A DNA stretch of 64,000 nt, from NCBI GenBank assembly GCA_977017575.1, contig CDRNVI010000045.1, positions 124,001 to 188,000 on the forward strand, read 5' to 3'. The stretch's first letter is position 1. Each line of letters begins with the position of its first letter. Shown in pieces: positions 52,029 to 63,359 of the stretch. Both the position numbers and the translations under genes were made by a program. Source of the stretch: Paramoeba atlantica. Taxonomy: Eukaryota > Protista > Discosea. The notes beneath the pieces are model-generated. The model was not told the origin of the DNA. It did no database searches and saw only the letters and a program-made list of their open reading frames with translations.

Positions 52029-52106
52029 TACATGAGGTTTGCGGATGATCCCCAAAACGAGATCACGTGAGATAACGCGAGATCATACCCGCACCCTCTC
52101 ACTTGA
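52029..52106. mobile_element. 78-bp minimal MITE
   Basis: Carries both end types of the 42731-46490 element around GAGATCACGTGAGATAACGCGAGATC. Confidence 0.6.
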
Positions 52107-52276
52107 ATGGAAAATACGTTTCTAAATCTCTCCGAAATCACGAGGTAGATTTCGACGTTGAGATGTGGTGTGGTCGTATAACTAGCATAGTAATTTAATT
52201 TTACCGGTACGAAGAACATCAAGTACTCTATGGTGTAAGTATTAAAAGTATTTTTTTCTATTTTTTAGAATACTAT

Positions 52277-53047
52277 TTAGAATGTACTTTCGCTGTCGAA
52301 CTCAATCTCAAGCCCATCATTATCACTGTAGACCAGTGTCAACCGTGGATGGTTCAACTTCGCAGTGCCGGAAAATTTATTGCCGTCCAAATGGAGGTAC
52401 CGCAATGTTACAGGTAACAATTCCAAATCTGGAGTACCACTGAAAGAGTTTTGGTCCAGTAGAAGATTTGTAAGGTACGGCGGGAGCTTGGTTAGGCAGA
52501 TCTCGCCGCTGAATCTGTTGTCATTCAGTCGCAAAACATTGATCGTTTGGGGAAGTTGTGTCAAATCTGGGCACCCCACCATGTGATTGTGTGCGAGATC
52601 GAGTTCCATTAGCATGGGTGGTAAATGCGCAAAGTTGGCTTCTCCTGAAAGCTGATTCCATGAAACGAAGAAACGAATAAGACTGGGAGGGGAATGTTCA
52701 AGGTGAATACCTCCAGAAAGGTTGTAGATTTGCACCCAATTGATAAAAAAAGCCTTGGTTTGTAGATCGTTGCAACTCACTCCCGCCCACTCACACACCG
52801 GGGTGTCTGTCGTCCAGGTAGAGTGCCGGTTTTCAATTTCACGGACCACACGCGACAAGTCATATTCCTGGGGCAAAGCCATTCCACGTACCTTTGATGC
52901 GCGTTGGGAAGGGGGGTCGAACTCTGCCGTGCGAGCAACGATGACAGACGGATAATAACTGAGGAGGGTCATGAGAACTTCTCTTCGTATGGAGAAATCG
53001 TAGTTGATAAAACGTAAAACGAAAACAAAAAAAGGAGAAAATATCAT
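52277..53047 (-). CDS. Leucine-rich repeat protein
   Basis: LPQEYDL...CEWAGVSCN cap plus LRRs; probable start at MTLLS. Confidence 0.85.
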   Translation of the reverse strand: MIFSPFFVFVLRFINYDFSIRREVLMTLLSYYPSVIVARTAEFDPPSQRASKVRGMALPQEYDLSRVVREIENRHSTWTTDTPVCEWAGVSCNDLQTKAFFINWVQIYNLSGGIHLEHSPPSLIRFFVSWNQLSGEANFAHLPPMLMELDLAHNHMVGCPDLTQLPQTINVLRLNDNRFSGEICLTKLPPYLTNLLLDQNSFSGTPDLELLPVTLRYLHLDGNKFSGTAKLNHPRLTLVYSDNDGLEIEFDSESTF

Positions 53048-53169
53048 TTGAACAACATTGCGCCAAAATAATGAACCTCTTTTACCTTCGATTAAAACCT
53101 TTACTCAAAGGGCTTGGTATTCAAGATCAAAAAAAATGTGTTGTAAAACACTAAGATTGTCACATAAAA

Positions 53170-55314
53170 CTAAGATGATTCCATAACGAGATCCAAAGCA
53201 GCCGCCACGCTCTCCATTTCGCATATGTTCTTTGTATGATTTTGTAGTTCCTGTAACAATAGAAACATGACCCTCATAAGTTTTGTGCTCTGAACAAGCT
53301 CTTCACAGTAAATCTCGTTCACTACTTCCAGAACAGTAAGCAGGAGCGTGGATTGCGCACGCTGACGAACATTGCCTCTGGCATACTCCAGTAGCAACAA
53401 GAGCTCATCCTCATCCCACCCCGCCAGAGCAATGCGTAGCGCCCCGCGACGAAATAATTCCTCCAACATCACATACACCATGTCTTCATTCCCCTCAGCC
53501 GATTGCGCACGGGTCGTTCTCTGTCCGGACTTTTCCTTCCGCAGCACATTTTTCTCCTTCCTCCGCCGCAATACCTCCAACAAAGCCTGGCGATGGGAGA
53601 AACTACGCAACAAACGGTCATACGCCTTTTCCTTCACCCCCGAGGCGGCTTGTTTTCCCTCCCACGCCAGAGCGTCCGTCCAATGCTTTGCTTTTTTCCG
53701 CATGCCCCCGGCTCCCTGAGCTTCCTCCCGCTCTTCGTCAGCCTCACAGGCGTTTCCCAATGGCCGACGGAGTAACGTGCCATTCTGCATCCCGAGTGCC
53801 ATCTCCACACCCCCAGGGGCAATCGCCACCGCGCACAGTGGGGACTCAAACCGGGGAGGGGCAAACACCAACGCGAGGTCGTTGTCCGTGTCCAACACAC
53901 ACAGCCGGTGGTCCAGCCCGACCGTAAGCAGCCGTGGCAGCACTGTACTGGTCCCTGGAACCTTCCCACAGAACACACGCATGTCTGTGATCGCTTTACT
54001 ATGCGCAGCGATCTGAGAAACGCACCCGATCGGACAACCCGCTGAATTCGCCAACGGGACCACTGCTGAACTTGCTACCCGGGTGTCAAACTTTTGCACC
54101 ACCCCACTAGAGGTCCCTACATAGAAGTACGTCGGGTCGATACCATATTGTACGGTCTGTACCCCCTCCAACGCTAGCCCCCCCGCGTCTCGCCTCCGTT
54201 CCCCGCCCCCCCTTACGTCCCAGCTCGCCACCGCTGCACTTTTCCCCCACTCCCCCCCGCCCACGCGGCTATCCCACACCCTCACCCCCCCATCCGCGGC
54301 CCCCGTCACCAGCACCCCCCCCTCGACGGGGTGGTTATCCCCCCACGTGATCCGCTCCCCGTGGGCCTCCGCCACCCTCCCCACCACCTCCCCCGTCGGC
54401 ACGTCCCCCCACACCACAGCCCGGTCCTGGGCCCCCCACGACGCCACCGTGGTACGGCTCGCCATAAAGCACGCCCCCGCGACCACCCCCGTATGGACCC
54501 ACCAGTTCCGCAGTACCCCACAGGAGGAACCCGAGCCCGTGCCCCCGCCCTCATACGGCACCGAGGCCGTCGACAGGGCACGGTTCGTGTCCCCGAGTAC
54601 TCCTTCTACTCCCCCCCCTCCCCCCCCTCCTCCCCCTGCCCGTGCCACACTCACCTGCCCCCTCCCCCCGACGGTGTACACCACCAGCCCCCCATCGGGG
54701 TCGCGGTAGCGTAGACTGTGGTAGCGGGTGCTGGAGGAGGCACGGAAACCGGTAGGAGTACTCGTAGTGGTACTCGTAGAAGGACGACCACCACTACCCC
54801 TACGACCACTACTCCCGTGCGTACCGGTACCCCCCATCGGGTAGGAGCAGATGTGGTAGTCATAGACGACGGTGAGTACGGGGGGTGTCGTCGTCGTAGT
54901 ACTACTACTACTACTACTACTCCTACCCGTAGTCGTAGAGAGATACGGGGAGTAGACAAGACAACGGGGTACTGTTGTAGTAGTGGTTGTTGTTGTTGTT
55001 GTTGTGCCCCCCATAGAGGGACCGGTGAGGGGGTTGTCCCGGGGGCTCCAGAAGGAGGTACGCTCGTGGTGGTAGCGTGGGTCACCGGAGGGGGTGGGGG
55101 AGGTGGCTGGGGATGGGGGACGGGGGGTGAGGGGGAGGGGGTGGGGGGGGAGGGAGGGGAGAGGGGTGGGGGGGAGGGTCATGGGGAGGGAGGAGAGGAG
55201 AGGGGAGAAGAGGGGAGGAGAGGGGAAAAAGTGGAGAGAGGGTGGGAAGGGGATAAAGGGAACGGGTATATTTTCTTGGGGAACTGGTGGAGTTTCTACA
55301 AGTGTAGGGTACAA
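53170..55314 (-). CDS. UTP15: U3 snoRNA-associated protein 15 (WD40 plus UTP15_C)
   Basis: WD40 repeats; C-terminal YDRLLRSF...LEELFRRGALRIALAGWDEDELLLLL. Confidence 0.8.
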   Translation of the reverse strand: MYPTLVETPPVPQENIPVPFIPFPPSLHFFPSPPLFSPLLSSLPMTLPPTPLPSLPPHPLPLTPRPPSPATSPTPSGDPRYHHERTSFWSPRDNPLTGPSMGGTTTTTTTTTTTVPRCLVYSPYLSTTTGRSSSSSSSTTTTTPPVLTVVYDYHICSYPMGGTGTHGSSGRRGSGGRPSTSTTTSTPTGFRASSSTRYHSLRYRDPDGGLVVYTVGGRGQVSVARAGGGGGGGGGVEGVLGDTNRALSTASVPYEGGGTGSGSSCGVLRNWWVHTGVVAGACFMASRTTVASWGAQDRAVVWGDVPTGEVVGRVAEAHGERITWGDNHPVEGGVLVTGAADGGVRVWDSRVGGGEWGKSAAVASWDVRGGGERRRDAGGLALEGVQTVQYGIDPTYFYVGTSSGVVQKFDTRVASSAVVPLANSAGCPIGCVSQIAAHSKAITDMRVFCGKVPGTSTVLPRLLTVGLDHRLCVLDTDNDLALVFAPPRFESPLCAVAIAPGGVEMALGMQNGTLLRRPLGNACEADEEREEAQGAGGMRKKAKHWTDALAWEGKQAASGVKEKAYDRLLRSFSHRQALLEVLRRRKEKNVLRKEKSGQRTTRAQSAEGNEDMVYVMLEELFRRGALRIALAGWDEDELLLLLEYARGNVRQRAQSTLLLTVLEVVNEIYCEELVQSTKLMRVMFLLLQELQNHTKNICEMESVAAALDLVMESS

Positions 55315-55545
55315 GTGTTTTTTATAAGTGTATGTACAAGCGTATTTTCTTTGCTATGTTCTCTTTAACAGGATTTTGTTTTTAAATACATGTAGAGGGG
55401 TAGGGAACAAGAAATCAGAGGGTAATTTGAAATAGAGAGGGATAGGCTCCATAGGTGAGAAAGCAATGGGTGGGTTGTTAGCATTTACAAGAAAAGGGGT
55501 TGAACACAATCATCGAAGACTTTTCACGATCGCAGAGCTACATTC

Positions 55546-55995
55546 TCATTTGGCAAGCATCACTGCGCAGAACTCTTTGTAGTCGATTCTACCATCCCCA
55601 TCGACATCGGCTTCCTTCATCATGTACTCCACCTCCGCCTCCGTGAGAGTCTCCCCAAACGAAGACATCACCTCGCGTAACTCCTCAGCGGTAATGTATC
55701 CATCTTGGTTGTCGTCGAGCACTTGAAACGCTTGCAGAAGTCTCTCTTCGGCGGTGTTGCTGTACATTGCGCGAGCCATTAATGTAAGGAATTCCGCAAA
55801 GTCCATGGTATGGGATCCGTCGTGGTCGATCTCCTTGATCATGTCCTGGAGTTCTTCCTCAGTAAGGTTCTGACCCACGGCCCGGAGCACCGATCCAAGA
55901 TCCTTGGTACTGATGATGCCATCTCCGTCCTTATCAAAGAGGGAAAACGCCTCCTTAAATTCTGCTATTTGATCATGGGTGATGGACTCGGCCAT
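55546..55995 (-). CDS. Calmodulin-like protein, four EF-hands, divergent
   Basis: 149 aa; [16 protein letters not shown]...[13 protein letters not shown]. Confidence 0.92.
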   Translation of the reverse strand: MAESITHDQIAEFKEAFSLFDKDGDGIISTKDLGSVLRAVGQNLTEEELQDMIKEIDHDGSHTMDFAEFLTLMARAMYSNTAEERLLQAFQVLDDNQDGYITAEELREVMSSFGETLTEAEVEYMMKEADVDGDGRIDYKEFCAVMLAK

Positions 55996-56229
55996 GCATA
56001 GATGGGATACGAAAACTTAAAAAGCTTAGTAGAAGCGTCGAAAAAACAATAGAAACAACAATAGAACTTTTCTGAGTCTTCGAGTCAATGATCCGAGCGT
56101 ATGATCATCATACGCTTCAAATCTCATAAAAACCCTTAAAAACATGATTTTGTGCAAAAGAATGAGCCCCGACGTGTGACATACAGGAAAAGTTCTAATT
56201 TGACGCTTCCAATGTAGAGCAGGTATTTT

Positions 56230-57066
56230 CTAGTCCGATAGCTTTCTTCCTTGGCCTGGGAATTTTGGTTCCTCCGTTGCGGGTGATGAGTCAGTTTTGT
56301 TTGGAATGGTTTGCGACTTGTAGAAGGCAGCAGCTCGTGCGTTTTCCGAGGGTGCAAGGAAATTTATGTGTGAAAAAGAGGGCCCCGCAGTATTCACATC
56401 GGCGTCTCTTGACTCCTGTGTGCTGGACGTGGAAACCATCTTCTCTGAACTAGCCGTATCCTCGGAGTCGAATAACGCAGGAAGGAATTCCACCTCAACG
56501 TCCGTCTCGACGATGCACACCGCATTCTGTGCTACATTCCGTCCCTTGTATTTAGCTGTCACCCCATCGACGTGCAATAGGTACAGTTTCTTGTTGTACT
56601 TCAACTGAAGAACATCACCCACGGTGAGTGCGCTGAAACGGGAAAGAAATCGCTCTAGCACAATCCGAGGGTTAGACAGACGAAGAAATGCACTCTCCTG
56701 AGGACGTAATCGCACAAAGTTCCCATGTTGAAGTTCCACTAGCGTAACGCGCACATTTTCTCCGACACCCAACCCCAGCTGCGTATACACCCAGAGCGGA
56801 ATCGTACATGTCCCCTCCTCTGCGGTAAATTCAAGCACTCCGCAGTGCGTGGCACATGCGTCTGTAGAGACCGCGGGGTCGGCGTTTCCGTCTGAGGCAG
56901 GGAGATTCTCAATGCGAAAAAGCATTGGAGAGCGCAGAGTAGGAGCCGCGCTCAACCGGACCATAACAGAATTGGGGAGAATTATTTTTCCTCCCTCGTC
57001 AATCTCGTCACGGTTGTGAAAAGCTCCTGTAAAAGAACTAAGCTCCCAGGAATTAATGTCTAACAT
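56230..57066 (-). CDS. UFD1: Ubiquitin fusion degradation protein 1
   Basis: GGKIILP, THCGVLEFTAEEG, VRLRPQ...FL.LSNPRIVLE..L..FSALTVGD; C-terminal FPGQGRKL SHP box. Confidence 0.92.
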   Translation of the reverse strand: MLDINSWELSSFTGAFHNRDEIDEGGKIILPNSVMVRLSAAPTLRSPMLFRIENLPASDGNADPAVSTDACATHCGVLEFTAEEGTCTIPLWVYTQLGLGVGENVRVTLVELQHGNFVRLRPQESAFLRLSNPRIVLERFLSRFSALTVGDVLQLKYNKKLYLLHVDGVTAKYKGRNVAQNAVCIVETDVEVEFLPALFDSEDTASSEKMVSTSSTQESRDADVNTAGPSFSHINFLAPSENARAAAFYKSQTIPNKTDSSPATEEPKFPGQGRKLSD

Positions 57067-57634
57067 GTATAAAAATTAATGCACAGAATTACCCTCATAA
57101 TTTCTCTAAATCATGTATTACAATGCACTGTCCCCCCTCTACATAATTGTCACCGCCCCCTCCTACTTACATCATGTATTTGTCAGTTCTGGGAAAAAAT
57201 GAGGACGTTACGTCTTCCCATTAGGAGCATCCTACTTGGGACTGAGTAACGTCCCGTTTTCTCGGCGTAGTAAACGCCTTGTCTAGCCTGGCACGATGTA
57301 TGCAAAGGAATTATAATATACATACATTGTGCGAGCAAGTGAGTACGGTACTAGAGTACCGTACTCGCCGTACTCGCTCAAAAAATGGTAAATATATAGA
57401 ACTTGACTATACACAATGTAGTCGTCTTAATCCTACTAGTAGTTTTTCTTTCTTTCTAAGAGTTAATCCAAACACTATCATATGGGTCATTTAAAAAAGC
57501 GACGCGCTTCAAGTGAAGTTGCACCAATTCAGATGCTAATACGGGTTCACCGACTCAGCCGTCACCAGCAACTCGCCGAGAGCTCGCGTCGCGCTACGTA
57601 ATGACCGCAAATTCTCTCCCGGATTCTTTTAAAG

Positions 57635-59180
57635 TTGTTCAATGCGCTTCTGACTGTCCTCACGATCACGAGTATACGCCTGATCACGAGTATGACTGAC
57701 CATGGCATGGGGCAGTTATGTCACTTTGAATACAAAACAGAGGGATGTAAATGGTCTTCTCATTGTCGATCAAAAAACTACCTAGTCCACAAAAAAGAGT
57801 GTGAAAAGCGAAAGCAAAAAAGTGATCAAACGAGCGCGAACCGAATTTCAATTTTACAAATAAATGTTTTCTGTCAGAAGGTTCTACCATGTCTTTATAC
57901 GTTGACGAGCCAACCTTCATCTCAATTTATCTGGTTTGTGCGTTCTCTTGTGGAGCTCTGGCCCCGTAGCATGACACCAACTCAGTTCCTTGAGCAATTC
58001 ACTTCAAGTCCCGCTGTATTGCATGCAGCCGAGGGCAGACTCGCAGATGAGGTGTGGAGTATGCTGCGCATTGACATAGACAGTCATGTTTTTTTTTGGC
58101 ATAGCATGTGACGCGGGAATCGACCGAAACAAATCAGAACATATTTAATTAAATGTTCTTTACGTGGGAGCTAAAGAACATGTACTCCCCCCGATATACT
58201 CCCCGAAGCATCAGGCCTTCAATAGAAAAACAACCGCCGAAGGTTTGATTACAAGTCTCCGTGTTGTTCTAGGAGAAGAGAGGTTGCTGAAGCTAAGTTT
58301 CTTAATGGTCGACGGCAGTACCGTTAACCATGTTGCTCGTGAGTATTCGGAAGGATATCTTAAGAGAGTACATCCCGTTGGAGACCATGGCGTTGCCAAT
58401 TTCGAGAGAGAAATCGAGAGACAATTTCCAAAAATAACTCTGTTGTCGTGTATCGGGCATATGCTAAATAATGTTTGCAAGTCATCCCTGAAATCTTATG
58501 AATCGAAGCCCTCCTTTCTCTTCAAAAAGAGTTTTTCTCTCGCCTTTTGGTCCGGGGGAAAATCCAGTGTTATAAAGGGAAAATACAGAGGTCAAGTACT
58601 CGAATTTTGGTTGGCAAAGTTTGATGAAGAGGTTCTTGAAGCCGAAAAGTCTCTGAAGTAAGGTTACTGGGGATTAAAGGAAACAACTCCCACGAGGTTT
58701 AAAGCCGTCCTTGAACGTAAGATATTATTAAGCCCTGAAAACGTTAAAAAATGTAGCGCCTCAAGAAGCAGGGTCTCTCGTAGAAAAATTGACCGTCCCG
58801 AATATTCAATGGGCAGCTAAAGACGAACTGTTGGTACAGGGGGCACCCATGGTTCTGGAAGCGGTGAATTTAGCAAAGAGTAGAAAGTCCGTAGCTACGC
58901 CAAAGGCGGTGTGACACGTTGGTGTCAAGATAAGTTCACGTGTATGAAAATTCTTTCTGAGAACTTAGATTCCGTGGAAGCATGCGACGTAGGTAAATCT
59001 ATTCGGCATTGCCAAGTATTGTTGGAAGAACACGGAACAGAAGCGCTTCGAAGAGAATGTCTCAGCTTCCTTGATTCATGCAAAGATCTCTATGCTGCCC
59101 TGAAAAATTTTCTGACATGATAGGTAAGCCAATGGCCACACATGTTGCCCAGACCCTGTAACATTGGAGAGTCTGTAAAC
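57635..59180 (+). pseudogene. Degenerate copy of the hAT-like transposase
   Basis: TEGCKWSSHCRSKN finger, LPPIYSP, LSFLMVDGSTVNHVAR, LLSCIGHMLNNVC, TRWCQDKFTCM; several stops and frameshifts. Confidence 0.8.
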
Positions 59181-59539
59181 GGCCTTTTTTGCTGTCAAAA
59201 ATTACGTCCAGGTACCGGCAGATACTGCCAGCGACTATACATCCATGGATGGAGCGAAAAATATTGCGCCACAATTATTTGCTCCGTTTTTACCAGTACT
59301 ATTTCTAGAACTTTTCGAGAGCTTTCTAGCGTTATATAAATTTATATAAAACTAGAAAGCTTTAGAGTTTACGGCAAGAATTGGGCGAAGAAGATATGGA
59401 AAGTGTTTTCCTATACGTGTAGGTATTGGCCCCGAAAGGGTAATGACAGGTTTGTCATACTAATGATGATTTCGTTTGTTTTCTTAATGTACAGTTATAA
59501 ACCCCCCACAGCGAATAAGTCACCCCCCTCTTTTTTTTG

Positions 59540-60215
59540 TACAACGAGGCTTAGGGGGGTTGCGGCACCACTTTTTCGTTCAAAATTTTAAGATCTGCAC
59601 GTTCCCGCTGTTTTTAGACCTCTTCACAGATAACAAATTAAAACTCATTTTTTTAATGACGTTTTTACATAGTCATGCCAATATTACCCGAAAAATCTCA
59701 TGTTACTCGACCAGGGTGGGAGAAGGGGGTCAACATGAAAATGGTGTCACAGATCTTCGCTAGGGGAACGAGATCTCTCGATTGCAACAAAAATGATCAA
59801 AAACAGATAACAAACATTCAATTTGTCACATGGTGGAATATTTGTCTTTGATTGGTTCTTTCTTGAAACGGTGATAAATCAACTTTTTTATGCTGTCCCC
59901 TTTACTTTTTGCTTGAAGGGGCCTAAGGGGGTTAAGATATCATTTTCTCGTTCAAAATTTTGAGATCTACACGTTCCCACCATTTTTAGATCATTTTAGA
60001 AACTGAAAAAGAAAATTGTTTTTAGGTTCTATTGTTTTGCATCGTCATACCACACTAATTTAAGAAAACAAACACTCCGCGGCCAGGCGGCACAAGTGGG
60101 TCAATATTAAAAAAGAGCGGCAAAGATCTTTGCTAGGAGAACGAGATCTCTCGTTCGCAACAAAAATCAGCAAAAACGGACAAAAATAATTGAATTTCTC
60201 ATGGGAGGAGAAGAT
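59540..60215. repeat. Diverged tandem duplication (unit of about 380 bp) of TIR-like DNA
   Basis: TTTTCGTTCAAAATTTT.AGATCT.CACGTTCCC and GATCTT.GCTAGG.GAACGAGATCTCTCG.T.GCAACAAAAAT each occur twice; the second motif also occurs in the Tc1 TIR at 62815. Confidence 0.65.
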
Positions 60216-61348
60216 TTATTTTGTTAAAGTGTGAGAACTACTATTTCAGAAAAAGATATCAGCCATCTGCTTAAATCGGAAATTATTCACCGAGTAGCCT
60301 ACGAAGAATTAGAGCGCCGTCCAACGCGTGCTTGTGTGATACCATTCACAACTCATGAAGAACGGGAAGGTCCTCGTCGCCGTTTTATCTGTTGGCCAAA
60401 ACATCAGAATCAAGCGCTCGACAACGAATACATTGCCCATGTACCCATAGGTCAGCCGGTTTCATACGTAAACAAGATAATTCATGGAACTGCTATGAAA
60501 CGTGATTTGAAGGCTGGATGTTTTCAAGTTGAGTTACCCCGTGAGGCGCGTTGTTATTATCGTTTTCGCTGCGGACCAGCTACTTATGAAATGACTCGTA
60601 TGCCAATGGGGCATTGCTGTGCTCCGGAAATACAACAAATTATAACGTCAACATTTGCGGGACATGTGGAATACAGTAAAGATAGTATGGATTTACACGG
60701 TTTTGATACCTCTAAACTGGACATTTACCTCGATGGCATACGTTACTGTGGAACTGAAGATGAAGTCTCGGCCTACGAACTTTTTGTCGACGATCGAGCT
60801 AAAAAATTAGGCATTACCTTTAAAAATGAAGAGTCTTCAAAAGGCACAAACTACAACTTTCTTGGGGTTGATTACGACCATAATGCAAAGGAGTATAAAC
60901 TGAGTCAGCGTTTCCTTCATAAAATACCCTTAACCGTCGCTTCACACGCACCATTACACGAATTTGAATCCTTATGCGCCAGGCTAGTGTATGCGTCTGC
61001 AGTGCTCGGAATCGTAATGCCCAAATATTACTGGGCCATTAAATTTATTAGGCGTCAAATTTCAAAATTGAACAGAGGGATCATGCACGAATCGGACACG
61101 GTAAGGCTCTCCTACGTAGTTTTCGCGCAACTGAATAGATGGACAAGGGAGATAAGAAAGAACAATCCTCAGCGCTATATGGAACCACAAGCAGAGCGAT
61201 TTGCGACCCTTTACACAGACGCCTCTCTTGACGGTTGGGGCGCCGTATTATTTTGCCCGGATGGATCCGTTTTTGGCACCGGAGCAGCGTGGCAAACCAA
61301 AATGGAAATTAATCATGCCGAAGCCTTAGCAATTAAAAACGCGCTATA

Positions 61349-62905
61349 CAGGGGGGGCCACGAAAACTGACTAGCTTCGCATTTTAGCCTCGTGAGGCCG
61401 TTTGAGCTAATTTTTGTTGCAAACGAGAGATCTCGTTCTGAATATCGTGTCTACGCTATTTAGAACTCGTTTGTATAAACCTGATATTTTGCATTTCGAA
61501 AATACTGAAATTTAAGACGATTTATTTTGCAAAAAGCATAAAAAATAGTAAAAAAGTTGGTTTTCTCTTCTTTTTTCTTCACTATGGGCAAGCGGCATAG
61601 ATTAAACCGTTGCCAATTGTCCCCAGAGCAGTCTTCGTATTCCATACGCATTGTTTGCGCACACGAAAGACATCGTGGTACAAGTATTGAAGACACGGCA
61701 TGAATGATGAACTGTTCTGAGAGCTCTGTCTATCGGTACAAGGCACGTTTTGATGAGTCAGGTGACGTGGCATGTGCGAGCTACTCGCGCGATAATGCCG
61801 TTGATACGGAGGAATTCCGTGCTATGCTCTGTACCCTTGATGATGAGAAAGACACGCCATTCGGGTGTCCGGGGTTTAAATGGGTACACAAGAGAGTGGA
61901 CAAGACACTTTATCCTTGTAGTCTGAACACCGTAAAACGGAGTTTGAAAAGGATGGGATACGTCATTAAGACTATGTCACACAAACCTTTCTTAACTGCT
62001 GAGCACAAGGCTGCCCGATTACAACTTGCTGATTACTTCGATGGATCGAGTCCAGATCAGCTGTCCCGTGTGGTATGGTGTGACGAGAAGATTTTCCGAT
62101 GTGGTTCACATGGGAAAAAAATCACATATCTTGCAAAAATCACTGACCCCCCCAAGGAAACACCAGTAGAAATGGATAGGTGGTACGGGGGGAAGGGAGT
62201 GCATGTATTCATGGCAACCAGTCTGCGTTGGGAAGTACCCGATGCGTGTTTCCACGAGTTTTCCCAGAATGAAACCGTAACAAACGAAGTTTTTCTGAGA
62301 ACAATGAAGAAGCGAAATGGGTTTTTTAACTGGATGCATCGGCGGCCGGGGGCTGCTGTTGTCCTTGACAATGCGCCAGGGCACGGGGCAGCCCGGAGAA
62401 TAGGTAAGCTGGAAGGAATTAAAATTATTGACTGGCCTTCGAAATCTCCTGATCTCAATTTGATTGAGAATTTGTGGAGTATGGTGGATAAGTACATCCA
62501 CACCCATCTTCGTCCGAAAAATCGAACGGAATTGCAAGCTGCTATTCCTAAGGCGAAGGACTACTTGTTGGCAGAGTGTCACGAGGCGTATGTGAACACG
62601 TTACAGAGTCTTCCTACACGCCTCGCTACTCTACGTGAGCGTGGAGGTGGTAATACTGGATATTAAGACTTCGTTTCTACCGCGAAAGGCCAAAAATTAC
62701 TATTTTGCGCTCTTTTTTCAATTTGCAAAATCTCAAAATTTTCAGTTTTTCGACCCATGGGAAAGGCTTGCTTTCATCAGTTTTTGTATTCTAAATAGCG
62801 TAGACACGATATTCAGAACGAGATCTCTCGTTTGCAACAAAAATTATCTCAAACGGCCTCACGAGGCTAAAATGCGAAGCTAGTCAGTTTTCGTGGCCCC
62901 CCCTG
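61349..62905 (+). mobile_element. Full-length young Tc1/IS630-like transposon
   Basis: TIRs of about 115 bp (CAGGGGGGGCCACGAAAACTGACTAGC...) with one visible mismatch; TA duplicated at 61347-61348 and 62906-62907. Confidence 0.93.
61704..62666 (+). CDS. Tc1-like DDE transposase; an in-frame upstream segment from the ATG at 61584 is cut off by TGA 61701-61703
   Basis: VVWCDEKIF, VVLDNAPGH, WPSKSPDLNLIENLW. Confidence 0.88.
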   Translation: MMNCSESSVYRYKARFDESGDVACASYSRDNAVDTEEFRAMLCTLDDEKDTPFGCPGFKWVHKRVDKTLYPCSLNTVKRSLKRMGYVIKTMSHKPFLTAEHKAARLQLADYFDGSSPDQLSRVVWCDEKIFRCGSHGKKITYLAKITDPPKETPVEMDRWYGGKGVHVFMATSLRWEVPDACFHEFSQNETVTNEVFLRTMKKRNGFFNWMHRRPGAAVVLDNAPGHGAARRIGKLEGIKIIDWPSKSPDLNLIENLWSMVDKYIHTHLRPKNRTELQAAIPKAKDYLLAECHEAYVNTLQSLPTRLATLRERGGGNTGY

Positions 62906-63359
62906 TATGCCTTTTCTGAACACTGGTCCAGTTTAAAATTCTTACGCATGTTTGTCGACAACACAAGCGTAGAGTCTGCCTTGCGCAAAAGGTGGGCAGA
63001 GTCGTATAACATATCTGAAGTTTTGGGACGAGTGCTCTCATACCTAAATGCGCACCACATTACGATATTTCCTGAGTACGTGACAACCAAAGATAATCAA
63101 GCGGATGCCTGGAGCAGAAACCGCTACGATACTTGGCGGTATGGTGGTATTCATGAACTCGCAACTGTGAGCGAAGCCCACTTCTGGAGGCAAAAGCCCC
63201 CTTTTGCGAGCAAGGCCCAACTGTGACCGTAGCCCTGGGACATAATAATATTCTTTGGCGACCCGAAGTGTAGAACACTTCGTTGAGTACTCAACGACCT
63301 GTTGTACACTTCACTGAGTACTCAACGAACCCGGGACGTACCCGGTATTTTATTTACTC

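Larger units (their letters stand above)
60231..63265 (+). mobile_element. VIPER-like retroelement 3' half (RT-RNase H and terminal repeat), interrupted by a Tc1 element
   Basis: KRDLKAGCFQVEL, RMPMGH, YLDG, FLGVDY, YTDASLDGWGAV. The frame resumes after 62907 with MFVDNT...NQADAWSR. The terminal repeat lies at 63165-63265. Confidence 0.85.

Noticed and set aside
61701-61703. In-frame TGA as evidence of stop-codon reassignment
   Set aside because: All host genes read through under the standard code and TGA terminates some of them; a single nonsense mutation is simpler.
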